NCBI GenBank assembly: GCA_031216635.1
Contig: CM062274.1
Location: 26,484,913-26,548,912, forward strand
Origin: Dissostichus eleginoides
Lineage: Eukaryota
Length of the DNA: 64,000 nucleotides
Direction: 5' to 3'
The notes beneath the pieces are model-generated. The model was not told where the DNA came from. It saw only the letters and a list, made by a program, of their open reading frames with translations, and made no database searches. The position numbers and the translations under genes are program-made. Positions 48,313-59,400 of the stretch are shown in pieces (the first letter of the stretch is position 1; every line of letters begins with the position of its first letter).

Positions 48313-50577
48313 ATGGAGAAAATCTATGACAATGCTGTTGATGTCATATCCCTAAGCTCAAGATCATCTGCAAAACAAGAAGGTAAGAGTGTCAGTCAGA
48401 GTGCACTGTGGATTTTGGATTTACTGTATTACTCCCTGGTTTTCTCTGTGTTCAGGTCCCAGGAGATTTCTCAGAGAGTCTGTTCTCGGTCTGGGGCTGC
48501 TGAGTGTTTTCCTGCTGTCTGGACTCATCGGCCTCGCTGTCCACTGTGAGTCCGTCTTTTAATATGTTTAATAATATCATTTTGTACGTGTGATTTTAAG
48601 GAGCAATATTCTGCAGGGAAAGATGCACCATTTGACCAAAACATCCATCGTTTTTCTACTTTTCTCCTAGGGCCAAAACATTAATTTTGGTTTGTGTCAG
48701 TATGATTGCATCAGGTAATTTAAGAAACATCTATTTTGATTTCAGACCATAACTCAGTAGGTGGCGCAGCTGCAGATCTCTCCGCTGTCAAAGCAAACCT
48801 GTCCTCAGTGACTGAAGAGAGAGACAACCTGACTGAGCGTCTCCAGGCCAGAGATCAGCTGCTGTCCTCAGTGACTGAAGAGAGAGACAGTCTGAAGGCC
48901 AACCTCACTGAGCGTCTCCAGGCCAGAGATCAGCTGATCAACCAGCTGAAGGCCAACCTCACCGAAAAGACCAGAGAGGTGGACAGGCTTCAGAGTTTGA
49001 TGGACAAGGGTGAGTGCTTCATGTGGGGTTTTGCATCGGGCTCGGTATGTGTAAGATATCAATTATCATAATATGTTTTACAAAATACCTCGATATTGAT
49101 AGTCTAAGGCTGACTATTGATCCGTTCATAAAATAGTTACAGAATGACACTTTTCATTAATGATAATTAAGAATTAGTTTTTAATGACTAAGTTGTGAGT
49201 GATTTAATTTATAGTTTGTTTTATTTTTCTTCACCCACCATATTTATATTTCTCTGTAAACTATGCTTATGGCCATTTTCCTTGTCTAAATTACTTTTAA
49301 TATAAGCAATAGGAAGAAGAACTTAGAGGTAGTTTGTTCCAGATATTTGCAGCATAATAATAAAAAAGGATAACAAGGTTTCAAACCAATTTAGAACTGT
49401 TGCCGAAAGTCAGACCCAGTTTTCCAGTCGGTCTAGAAACTAACACCGAGATGTTGCCACTGTCTGTGTTTAAGTGGATGTCATTGAATACTTTAACAAG
49501 ATCAGTCTCAGTGCTGTGGTGCCTGACTAGATCACATCGAAACAGTTATTTAAATCCCAAAAAAACAGAAGTAGTTGTTCTGCAATGAAATGTGTGATCT
49601 CTTTTGATCCCTCTAAAAATGCTTAATAAATATGTTTTTTCATTATTCTTACAAAAGTGACATATAATGCACTCAAGAGTTCCATATTCCAGCAGTTAAA
49701 GCAGTAAATCAACAAGATCTTAACACTTTTACAGAGAAAACGTGTCCTGCAGGATGGAGGAAGTTTGGTAGTTCCTGTTATCTCCTCTCTACTGAGAAAG
49801 CTTCTTGGGAACAAAGCAGAGACAACTGCAGAGCCAGAGGAGCAGATCTGGTGATCGTAGACAGTAAGAAGAACAGGTAATGTGTGCTGCTCTAACACTT
49901 GTGATTGTATAACTCCCTGCTTTTATCAATCAATAATGTTTTTATTGTACATATACTAGCAAATGTGTCTATCAGCTATAATGATTACGTTACAACAATG
50001 GTGTTAATTACATATTTCTGAGCTAGTAAAAAGGGAAAAGTTATCTGAATGTTGATGTCCATCCCAGTAAACTGCATTTTTAATATGTGAACAGGAATTC
50101 ATCTCTAGCATGAAGATGAAGGAACACACTTGGATTGGTTTGAGTGACAGAGAAGAGGAGGGGACCTGGAAATGGGTGGATGGATCTCCACTGACCCTGA
50201 CTCTGACGTAAGGCTTTACTTTGGTTTAAATACAGACGCTGGTTTATGTTGTGACCTTTCTAAATGTTTCACATGTTTCTGTAATGGGAGTTAACACAAC
50301 ACACAGGATGCATTTAAACGTAGGGTGTCTGCCCCTTTCACCAGAAGATTCATTTGGGTATTAAGAAAAGAACATGGCTGTATTACTTATAGTTATTTGT
50401 ATTTGATGTCCAATCTTTTAGTTATCTTGTTTTCCTGTAATACCTGTTAGGTTTTGGAACGGAGGAGAGCCTAACAATATTGACGAAGAGGACTGTGCAG
50501 AATTGTATCCTTACACCAATGGGTGGAACGACCAGTCCTGTCGGGACGATCTGCATTCGATCTGTGAGAAAGATTAA
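48313..50577 (+). pseudogene. CD209-like C-type lectin, gene 5 (type A, EPN) with a 1-nt deletion frameshift in exon 4
   Basis: Exons are 48313-48382 ([24 protein letters not shown]; an uATG lies upstream), 48456-48545 (TM), 48746-49009 (neck: [79 protein letters not shown]), 49735-49876 (142 nt, against 143 in the paralogs: gacagtaagaagaacag versus gacagttatgaagaacag), 50095-50207 ([38 protein letters not shown]) and 50451-50577 ([41 protein letters not shown]). Confidence 0.7.
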
Positions 50578-52803
50578 CATTGGTGTCTGTTTGGATCCTA
50601 AACATGCAATCATGCTTTTACAATTTAGTTTAAATCGAGTTATTTAAAACTATACAAAATGTCTGATTTCATGAATAATAATTACTTTGCTTGAATTGAT
50701 AAATCACATTTATTTAGTGTTTTTGTTTAGGATCAATATCAGTAATAAATACATAGTCATTTAATTAGTTTTTGCCAACTTTTGTTTGCCTCAATTAAAT
50801 TAGTATTTGTATTAATCCTTTTACATATCAACATTAAAACAGCTTATTAAAAACATCTGCTGATAAGCCCACAGTTCCTGAAAGTTATAATATTGAAGGT
50901 GCCTTATTGAGCAGAATATGATACAAAAAAGAAAAATAACAACTGTCAAACGTTATTGAATAATTCCGACATATACAACAATACTCTAGTCTCAGCATTG
51001 GTCTAACTTGTTCAAATGTGTAAATAGCCCTGTGTGTTTATACAGTATGTTTCCTAACAATGACCTCTTGTGGCCATGTGAGTACAAATCTATTGCAGGT
51101 ATTTAACATTCATAGGTACCAGCCACTTTGTACATACTGTAAGAACTAGTGCTGTAAATTAACACAAACATGTATGTATGTTTATCACAATAATAATCTG
51201 GGTCTTTAACTTCAGGATTTGCTCATGTTTCATTTAAAAAGTAAACTGCCTTTTATTTGAAGTTAATTACAGTACTTTAGTAAATGGGCAAATTAGATTT
51301 AGCTAGATCAGGAAATGGCAACTTTCTTTGAGCATGCATACAAAGATAAAAACCGTATGAATATATTGTGGGTGTATTACAAGTTATCTTTGAAATGATG
51401 TGCACATTTTATATTTATGATCAGCGGCAGACAGAGTACTTCAGAGGAAAGACATTTGTGTTTATCAGCATTTAAAATTAAGATCCCTGCTTTCACAACA
51501 ATGTCATGCTATTCTCTTTTTATGAACCAGTAAAACAGATCTATACAGGATCAATACATTTAGAATATTATTCATCTTTATGGCTTTGTAAAATGATATG
51601 TCTCTATTTAACACAAAGGACTTGATTATCTCACTTGTTTCAGTCATAAATCTGTATTGTCAATATGCTTTGGCAATAGTGTGTTTTAAATGTGGGCATG
51701 TCAATAAAGCTTATTTGAATTTGTCTTGACTCTCAGCGTGAGAAAAAAAAACAATTTCCTTATATTTTTGAGATAGATATATAGATAATTATCTGGTACA
51801 GTTGCTAGGACTACCTTTAGCACTTAAGAGGTGTGACGTATTGATGGTGTTTTGTTTTATCCTTTACGAAAATGGAAATAGCGTAAAGTTTACGCTATTT
51901 CCATTTCCCCAGACATTAGACATCATATTTCAAACTATCTAGATGAAAATATTTTTATAGGGCAGTTTTTTTTATAAGTTAATATCATTTTGAATTTGTA
52001 ATTTTCAAAACCACTTTCTGCACTCTGCCTTTTACTTAAGTTTGTATCAGTATGAGGTATTTTCTGTTTAGAAATGGTGTCTCTTGATCATTTCAGGTTT
52101 TATATTTCATAACAAACTTGATTTCAGATTTTCAATTTACTTCAGGTCATCACTAAAATAGATTCCACTGCCCAGATTACCCGCGTCTGTTCTCTCAATC
52201 CCATGATGCTCCACTCCGACACGGGGCGGCAGCAGACCACTAAAGAGAGGGTAAACATTGTTAAAGTAAAAAAAATCCAAATAAAATGTCTTAGTTGTCC
52301 ATTTGAAGACCTTCACTAAACTGTACCTGTCTGCAGTACAATATCATCAAATATATCACGTTGCTAAAGCTACGCTCCACTTTGAGTCTAAGCGCTCAAT
52401 TCAGATGAACTGCTTGTTTGGAGTTGTTCACATTATTCTTAAAAGGAACCAACATCAGAATCCAATTTGAACTGGTTGCACAAAGGAACTATAACACTCA
52501 CGTTACACACAGCATAGACTATGATCTATGAGCTTCATTTATCCCTAAATACAGCAGGGGGATCCCAGCAAAACTGCCTTTAATTAAATGTAGAGCCAAA
52601 GAGCCCAGGAAAGTAAACCTTTTTTCTAATTTCAAGTCAGAACAGTATACCATGTTTTCTTGGTGGTACACCCTCCGTACAGAAGTCAGTCTGGATTTAA
52701 AAAATCAACAAGTACTTTTTCGTCTCAGAAATTATCTTTATCAGTTTCCTTGCAAAAAAACCTGGGATTGTCCAACAGAAATTGACAGATACATGTCAGG
52801 ATG

Positions 52804-52804
<1 letters not shown>

Positions 52805-52843
<39 letters not shown>
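52805..52843. repeat. (GT)n microsatellite
   Basis: Direct reading. Confidence 0.9.
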
Positions 52844-52844
<1 letters not shown>

Positions 52845-53205
52845 CCATTTCATATACATGTAAATAAAATCCAAATACAGAAAAAAGTTTTACATATGTA
52901 TTTTTGATCCTCACATATTTGTTTTCCGTTTAAAACCTCTGAACCTGCAAACACAAACCGCTTTCTGTGCACGGATCGCTGTGCATTCGTGTGTGTTTTT
53001 TTTTGCATAAACTGTATATATAAATGGACGTAGGGTCCGTGACGTCACTCATAGGATTCTGCAGAGTTGCCGAGAAGCCCTTAGTAGGCGGAGTCGGCCA
53101 CTAACGGCTCGACAGTGACGTCAGAGTCTAACTCCCGCCTGCTCCAAAAATCAATTGAATATTATTCATCTGTATGGCTTTGTAAGATTATATGTCTCTA
53201 TTTAA

Positions 53206-53738
53206 AGGTCCCATGTCATGGCCATTTCTACTGATCATAATTCCATTGTTGAGGTCTACCAGAATAGATTTACATTGTGCAATTTTCCAAACTCACATTG
53301 GTTTCTCATACAGCATCTCTGTATAGTATGTGTATTCACTCTCTGTCCTACACGGCTTGTTGGAGCTCCTGCTCCCCCCCTCCCTGTGAGCCCACTGTGC
53401 TCTGATTGGTCAGCTCGCCCACTCTGTTCTGATGAGTCCACCACCGTTACAGCGGAACATCAGTGATTATGTGTTACAATGGCGTTAGCAACCAGAAAAT
53501 GACACCAGTAATGACAAACAGATGAGAATGCTGCGTGGGGTCTGGGTGCCGTGTTGGCGGGACGTTGCGCTGCTCGCTGCTGCGAGGAGCGGACAGTGTG
53601 AGCTGGGTTCATTTCCTGCTTGCTGTGTGGGGTCTGCGAGACAGCGAGACATCGCGAATGGACGCGGGAAGTGGGGGGTGCTGAGGGGGCTGCAGCACCC
53701 CCATCTGTGAGGCTCCACTAGCAAATGTACCCCCCCTG

Positions 53739-53795
<57 letters not shown>

Positions 53796-54046
53796 AGCGC
53801 CACGGATTGGTCCATTTGGACGAATGGGTCCATTTGGGTATGGTCACGTCACTGTACCCAGGAAGAAAAAGAGAAATCTCCAACGAGGCGTTCAGGGGCA
53901 GCATAGACAGGTCTTTTCTGTGTTAGAGTTTTACTCGCTATAGGGTACTTTGAGGGTTTGTGACTCTGCAGACCGTTTACATGCAGAAAAACCTTCATAA
54001 CACACAAGGGGACGGGTAATAACCAGAAAAGCATGACATGGGACCT
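53206..54046. mobile_element. Second non-autonomous TIR element with a TTAA target-site duplication (about 840 bp; contains a (GT)26 tract at 53742-53794)
   Basis: The termini AGGTCCCATGTCATG...CATGACATGGGACCT form a 15-bp perfect inverted repeat. TTAA sits at 53202-53205 and 54047-54050. The empty site ctctatttaacacaatcgacatg is seen at 16337-16360 in the paralogous repeat unit. Confidence 0.8.
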
Positions 54047-54344
54047 TTAACACAATGGACATGATTATCACACTTGTTTCAGTCTTAAATCTTTATTGTC
54101 AATGTGCTTTGGCAATAGTATGTTTTTAATATAGTCATATCAATAAAGCTAGTATTTCCTGATATTTTTCTTTTTTTGTTTGGATATAAAATGATGTGTG
54201 ACTTCCTCAAATGATGTGTGACTTCCTCAAAAAGATAAAGCATTTAGTAATCCAAACCAGCAACCACACTTTCCCTGGTCACATACTTCAGGATACTTGC
54301 TGCAGAGCTGACCTTCTAGGAAAGAGTTGACATTCCCACGAGCA

Positions 54345-54959
54345 ATGGAGGAAATCTATGTCAATGTTGACGTTGTCAAAACCCTAAGCTCAAGATCATC
54401 TGAAAAACAAGAAGGTAAGAGTATCAGACCGAGTGAACTGTGGATTTTGGATTTATTAAACTTCCTGGTTTTCTGTGTTCAGGTCCCAGGAGACTTCTCA
54501 GAGCGTCTGTTCTCGGTCTGGGGCTGCTGAGTGTTTTCCTGCTGGCTGGACTCATCGGCCTCGCTGTCCACTGTGAGTCTTTCTTTTAATACGTTTAATA
54601 ATGTCAATTTGAACGTGTGATTTTCTAGAGCAATATTCTGCTCTGAAAGATGCACATTTGACCAAAACATCTATAATTTTTCTACTTTTCTCCTAGGGCC
54701 AAATTGGGAAAACATTTACTTTGGTTTGTGTCAGTATGATTGCATCAGGTAATTTAAGAAACATCTATTTTCATTCCAGACCATAACTCAGTAGGTGTTG
54801 CAGCTGAGCGTCTCCAGGCCAGAGATCAGCTGATCAACCAGCTGAAGGCCAACCTCACTGAGCGTCTCCAGGCCAGAGATCAGCTGATCAACCAGCTGAA
54901 GGCCAACCTCACCGAAAAGACCAGAGAGGTGGACAGGCTTCAGAGTTTGATGGACAAGC
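54345..54959 (+). pseudogene. Truncated CD209-like lectin gene 6: exons 1-3 only (tail, TM, 2-repeat neck); no CRD exons follow
   Basis: Exons are 54345-54414 ([24 protein letters not shown]), 54483-54572 ([30 protein letters not shown]) and 54780-54959 ([53 protein letters not shown]). Homology to the other copies ends near 55150. Confidence 0.65.
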
Positions 54960-55877
54960 GTGAGTGCTTCATGTGGGGTTTGCATAGGGCTCGGTATGTG
55001 TATGTAAGATATCAATTATCATAATATTTTTACAAAATACCTCGATATTGATCATCTAAGGCTGACTATTGATCCTTTCATAAAATAGTTACACAATGAA
55101 ACTTTTCATTAATGATAATCATGAATTAGTTTTTAATGACTTAGTTGTGAGTGATTTCATTTATACACTGCAAAAACAAAGCCTCAAAAAACAAGTAAAA
55201 TAAATAGTAAAATGAGTAATATATTACTTAAAATAAGAAAAATTATCTACCAACAGAACAAGAAAGATTCACTTGCCAAGACCTTCTTAAAACAAGTAAA
55301 TAAATCTAGCCTAAAAAGATCTACAGATATCTTAAAACAAGTGTTTTTAAACAAAAAATAAGTACATTTGAATTGAAACAAGGAATATCTTTAAGAATTA
55401 TAATCTTATAAGGAAAATGTGCTTGAATTCAGCATATTCTACTGCTATTGTCCCAAAATTCTATTTTATGTTAGGTAACATATCTTAAATCCAGTGCAGC
55501 TTCACTTTAAACAGGTACATTTGTCTAGATACAAAGATGAGATTTAAGAATTATTTTCTTAATATGTAGAAAAATCTACTTAAATTCAGCATTCGGTGCT
55601 ATTCTTAAAATAAGGCTAAATACCAAGAAACGTAGAGACAAAACCTTCAAAAATCTTTAATCCTATCAAGATATAAACTTTGACTGCTTGCATAAAGAAA
55701 AATATGAGTCTCAAATGATTTCTTTTAATGTTTTTATTGTTTTCAAACTGCGTAGTAAAGGTCAGTCATCAGATATGTCTTTAGAAAAAAAGAGAACATT
55801 ATTTCACTGTAAAATGCAACGCAAGTGAAATTCTCATGACACTTTTGACTCAGCGAACAATTCTCAATAGGATTATA

Positions 55878-56426
55878 AGTATGAGGGGCCGCTAGGGACA
55901 TTATTCAGAAATACCGTTCACATACACATGTGAAACACTCTCACACACACTACTGAAACCAACCTAATTTAGAAACATGTAAACATCTCTCATATACACA
56001 TATGAAACGCTCGCATACACATGAAATCCAAAGTTATTCACATATACATGTCAAACGCACTCATATACACATGTGATACGCACTCTCACACACATGAAAC
56101 GCACTCACAACTGAAACTCTCTCACACACACCTGAAACGCTCTCACACACATGAAACGCACTCACACCTGAAACTCTCACACACGAAACGCTCTCCAACA
56201 GATATGGGATAGTGTGTTTTATATGTGTGTGAGAGCGTTTCAGGTGTGTGTGTGTCAGTGCGTTTCATGTGTGTGAGAGCGTTTCAGGTGTGAGTGCGTA
56301 TCACATGTGTATGTGAGTGCATATGTTTGAAAATGATTTTGGTTTCAGTAGTGTGTGTGAGAGTGTTTCACATGTGTATGTGAACGGTATTTCTGAATAA
56401 TGTCCCTAGCGGCCTCTCATACAGTA
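55878..56426. repeat. Roughly 550-bp near-perfect palindrome (foldback/hairpin element) built from about 30-bp degenerate tandem repeats
   Basis: The left arm is tatgaggggccgctagggacattattcagaaataccgttcacatacacatgtgaaacactctcacacacactactgaaacc. The right arm is its reverse complement, ggtttcagtagtgtgtgtgagagtgtttcacatgtgtatgtgaacggtatttctgaataatgtccctagcggcctctcata. The interior is cacacatgaaacgc(a)ctc... repeats mirrored about 56210. Confidence 0.85.
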
Positions 56427-56436
56427 TATAAGTGCC

Positions 56437-59400
56437 CTAATCACTTATGAACTTTTTCCAGTCGGCCATAGCCTTTTTGTATGAAGTAGTCATGTCACGG
56501 TCGTGAATGGCATCCAAGAGGACTTCTGTCTGCACCACAGACAGAAGTGTTGCAATGCACTTAGGATAGGTGAGGTGAAAGGTGTAATAACATGCCATGA
56601 GATACATCACGCTTTCATGAATGTCCTCTTTTGGGAAGATGAGCACGGGCATGGTTCCAATGGCCAGTATACAGTTGGTTTCGCAGATGATGACAACAGG
56701 GCTGGAGAGTGGTCGTGTCTGAAGAAAGGTGTTGGGGTCTTCTGCAGACTGACACAAAAACAGACAAAGAAATCATCACAAAAAGGCAAACAAATATGAT
56801 CACATCATTTCACTCTTTGTATCGACATGAGACAATTCTTATAAATGTTCTTACCTCAAGGACGTGGAGCACAGCCTCACTTGCATGCCTTAACTTCTTG
56901 GGTGGGGCCATAGGTGATGGGAACATCTCTGGTAAAGCCTTCATCATGGCAATTGAGTGCTTTACTGTTGAAAAAAAAAAGTGTCATTCCGTTTCCTGCA
57001 GTCAGTTAATAAACAGACATGGTCAGAGATAATAATCACCTTTGTCAAGCTGCGGAGGCCTCATGAGCTTTTTGAAAACTCCATAAAACTGTGCCCTCTC
57101 ACAAAAGGTCCCCCACCGGGTCTTAAGTTCCGTTAAGAAGTGGGAGTTGCCTTGATTGAGGACCCGCCGTAGTTCATCCATTAGCTAAGACAACGAGAGA
57201 GAAAATATATAGGAGAAATATTAAAATCTACATTCCAAGGGTTAGTAATTCGTCTCATAACTGAATTTCCAAAAAAAGATTCATATATGTATAATGTGAT
57301 TTAAATGGTCACTTAACAAAAATATTACAGTTCACATAGAAATATGTGTTTTTTTGCAAATGTATGTCTGATGCACACACTATTTTTAAATACATATTGT
57401 GGACCAATACTACTAACAAAATAATGTTGTGTGTATCAGAAGCACATTTGTGAAATGTGTTCTTTTTAAATAAGTGGAGGGTTTTTATATATCTATGCAG
57501 ATTACATATTTGTATTCAATAAGCATATTTGAGTCATTCATTTATAAATAATGAGACAGATCTGATTTAATTGTCATACCATTTCTCATTTCAAATTTGG
57601 TCTAACGTTAACCGAATTAGGAAGCATAGTTGTACATAAAACGAAAACATTTGCTTACATGATCCAGTTCTCCAAAGCAAGGATAAGCTTTAAGAATCGT
57701 GGAAGGCCTGTCCTGCTCCTTTGTAACATCAGAGTCAATGAAGGCCCTTCTCGCTTGGATTTCGAGGTCCAGGAGCTGAGCAACATCCATCTTGTTCGGT
57801 CTGGCCTTGGTTTTATAAATCGCCTGTAGAGTCTTATAGTGTCTCGCCTGGGTCTGTGGGCTCTCAGTTTCTGATGCTAGAAAACATAAACCCCACTATT
57901 TTCATTTCTGATGTTAAAGTTTAAATGAGACATTAATACACAAACAGCCATAGTGACTGACACAGGGCAAACATAGATGAGTAATCTTCAATAAAAAAGG
58001 GTTCTAAAATAGCTTATTGATATTGTTACATTTTCTTGAAGAGATTGAACGATGTACTATTACAATTTCTGTACTTACCACATAACTGTTCAGCCTCCGG
58101 GGCGCTGTATCGAGATGGTGGTGATCTCTCCAAGATCAAGGTTGATGCGGTGGAGTCTCATCAGTGGACGTCTCATGGCTGCTCGGAAAGCTCAAACTCC
58201 TAGGCCGCTTTCTTGAAGGAGTTGAACCCTGCTTCTTTTTGGGGGTTGTCACATTCTGGACCCTTTTCAAAAGCTGCTTTTTCACAGTTTCCTTACAACC
58301 GCACGCACACGCACGCACGCACACGCACGCACCACACCACCACACACACACACACACACACCAGGTTGTGTTATAACTCACATTAAACAAACTTGTATCA
58401 AACTCATTACACCATATAAGCAGCACAGAGCTCTTATTGAACTGGATAAAACAAATCACTCCCAGTTTGATAGGCAAATGATTGCAGTGCTTTGTCTGAA
58501 CCATGAGTTGAAAACTTGAATAGTGACATACCCACTCAGCTCTACTGGTTTGAGATCTGTCCCGAAGCATTGGGTAGTACTCGATTAGATGCTTCGCCAT
58601 TACAGTGAGTTCACGGCTGCATGGATAGTTAAAGTCATCCCCAGCTGCTCTTTTAATGGAAATCATGCTTGTGACTGTATTCCTGATTAATCGAAGACAG
58701 CGAAGATCTTTGGAAAGGACGTAGTCTCCTTCTTCTCCAGCACGCTGCTTTTCAGAAAAGGTTCTTCGTGATTGCTCCAATTCTGTGTCTGTGTATAAGA
58801 CATACAGTGGACTAGGAAGCTGTACGGTTCTGCTGGCACCATGTTGGGGTTGTGGGCTATGAGAGGGGAAGGAGGGTGGAGAAAAGACGGGGGATGGAGA
58901 GGGGTTGGGGCAGGAGGAGGAGGAGGAGGAGGAAGAGGAGGGAAACAAAGAAGGTTGGGGGGTGGGAATAGGGCTGAAATCCCAAGACCCATGAGAGGTA
59001 CTCGGTCTACACAGGTCTGTCTCCTGGCCCTGTATAAAAGATGCATATATATATAAAATGGTATTTACAATGAAAAGAGCACTACACTGTGACAACAAAA
59101 AATAATCAACACAACCAAAAAACTCCACTTCTTCAAATAACTGCATGATGACTAGGAAAGGCTTACTTGGTAACAGGTTTAAAGTCCCTCAAATGTTATA
59201 ATCTGGAATTACCTCATTTTCATCATGAGTGAGTCTCCAAATGGTTCTTCTTCTGAAGAAGTGCTCAGGCCCGGGAAGGAGATCACGCAAGTCCTCCTTA
59301 GAGAGGCTGGGCAGCATGTCTCTGCTTATATTAGCAGCTGAAAACAGATTTAACCACACAGTTAATAATAAGGTAAAAAGCAACTAATAACATACTTATC

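Noticed and set aside
56021-56212. His/Thr-rich 63-aa ORF (THSHTHETHSQLKLSHTH...)
   Set aside because: It is translated from the tandem about 30-bp repeats inside the foldback palindrome, it is low complexity, and it is mirrored on the other arm.
58136-59146. 336-aa minus ORF as a single CDS
   Set aside because: Its N-terminal half is an S/P homopolymer-like run and (GT)n-derived CVCV repeats. Only the central TELEQ...RAEW block looks protein-like, and it is bounded by splice signals.
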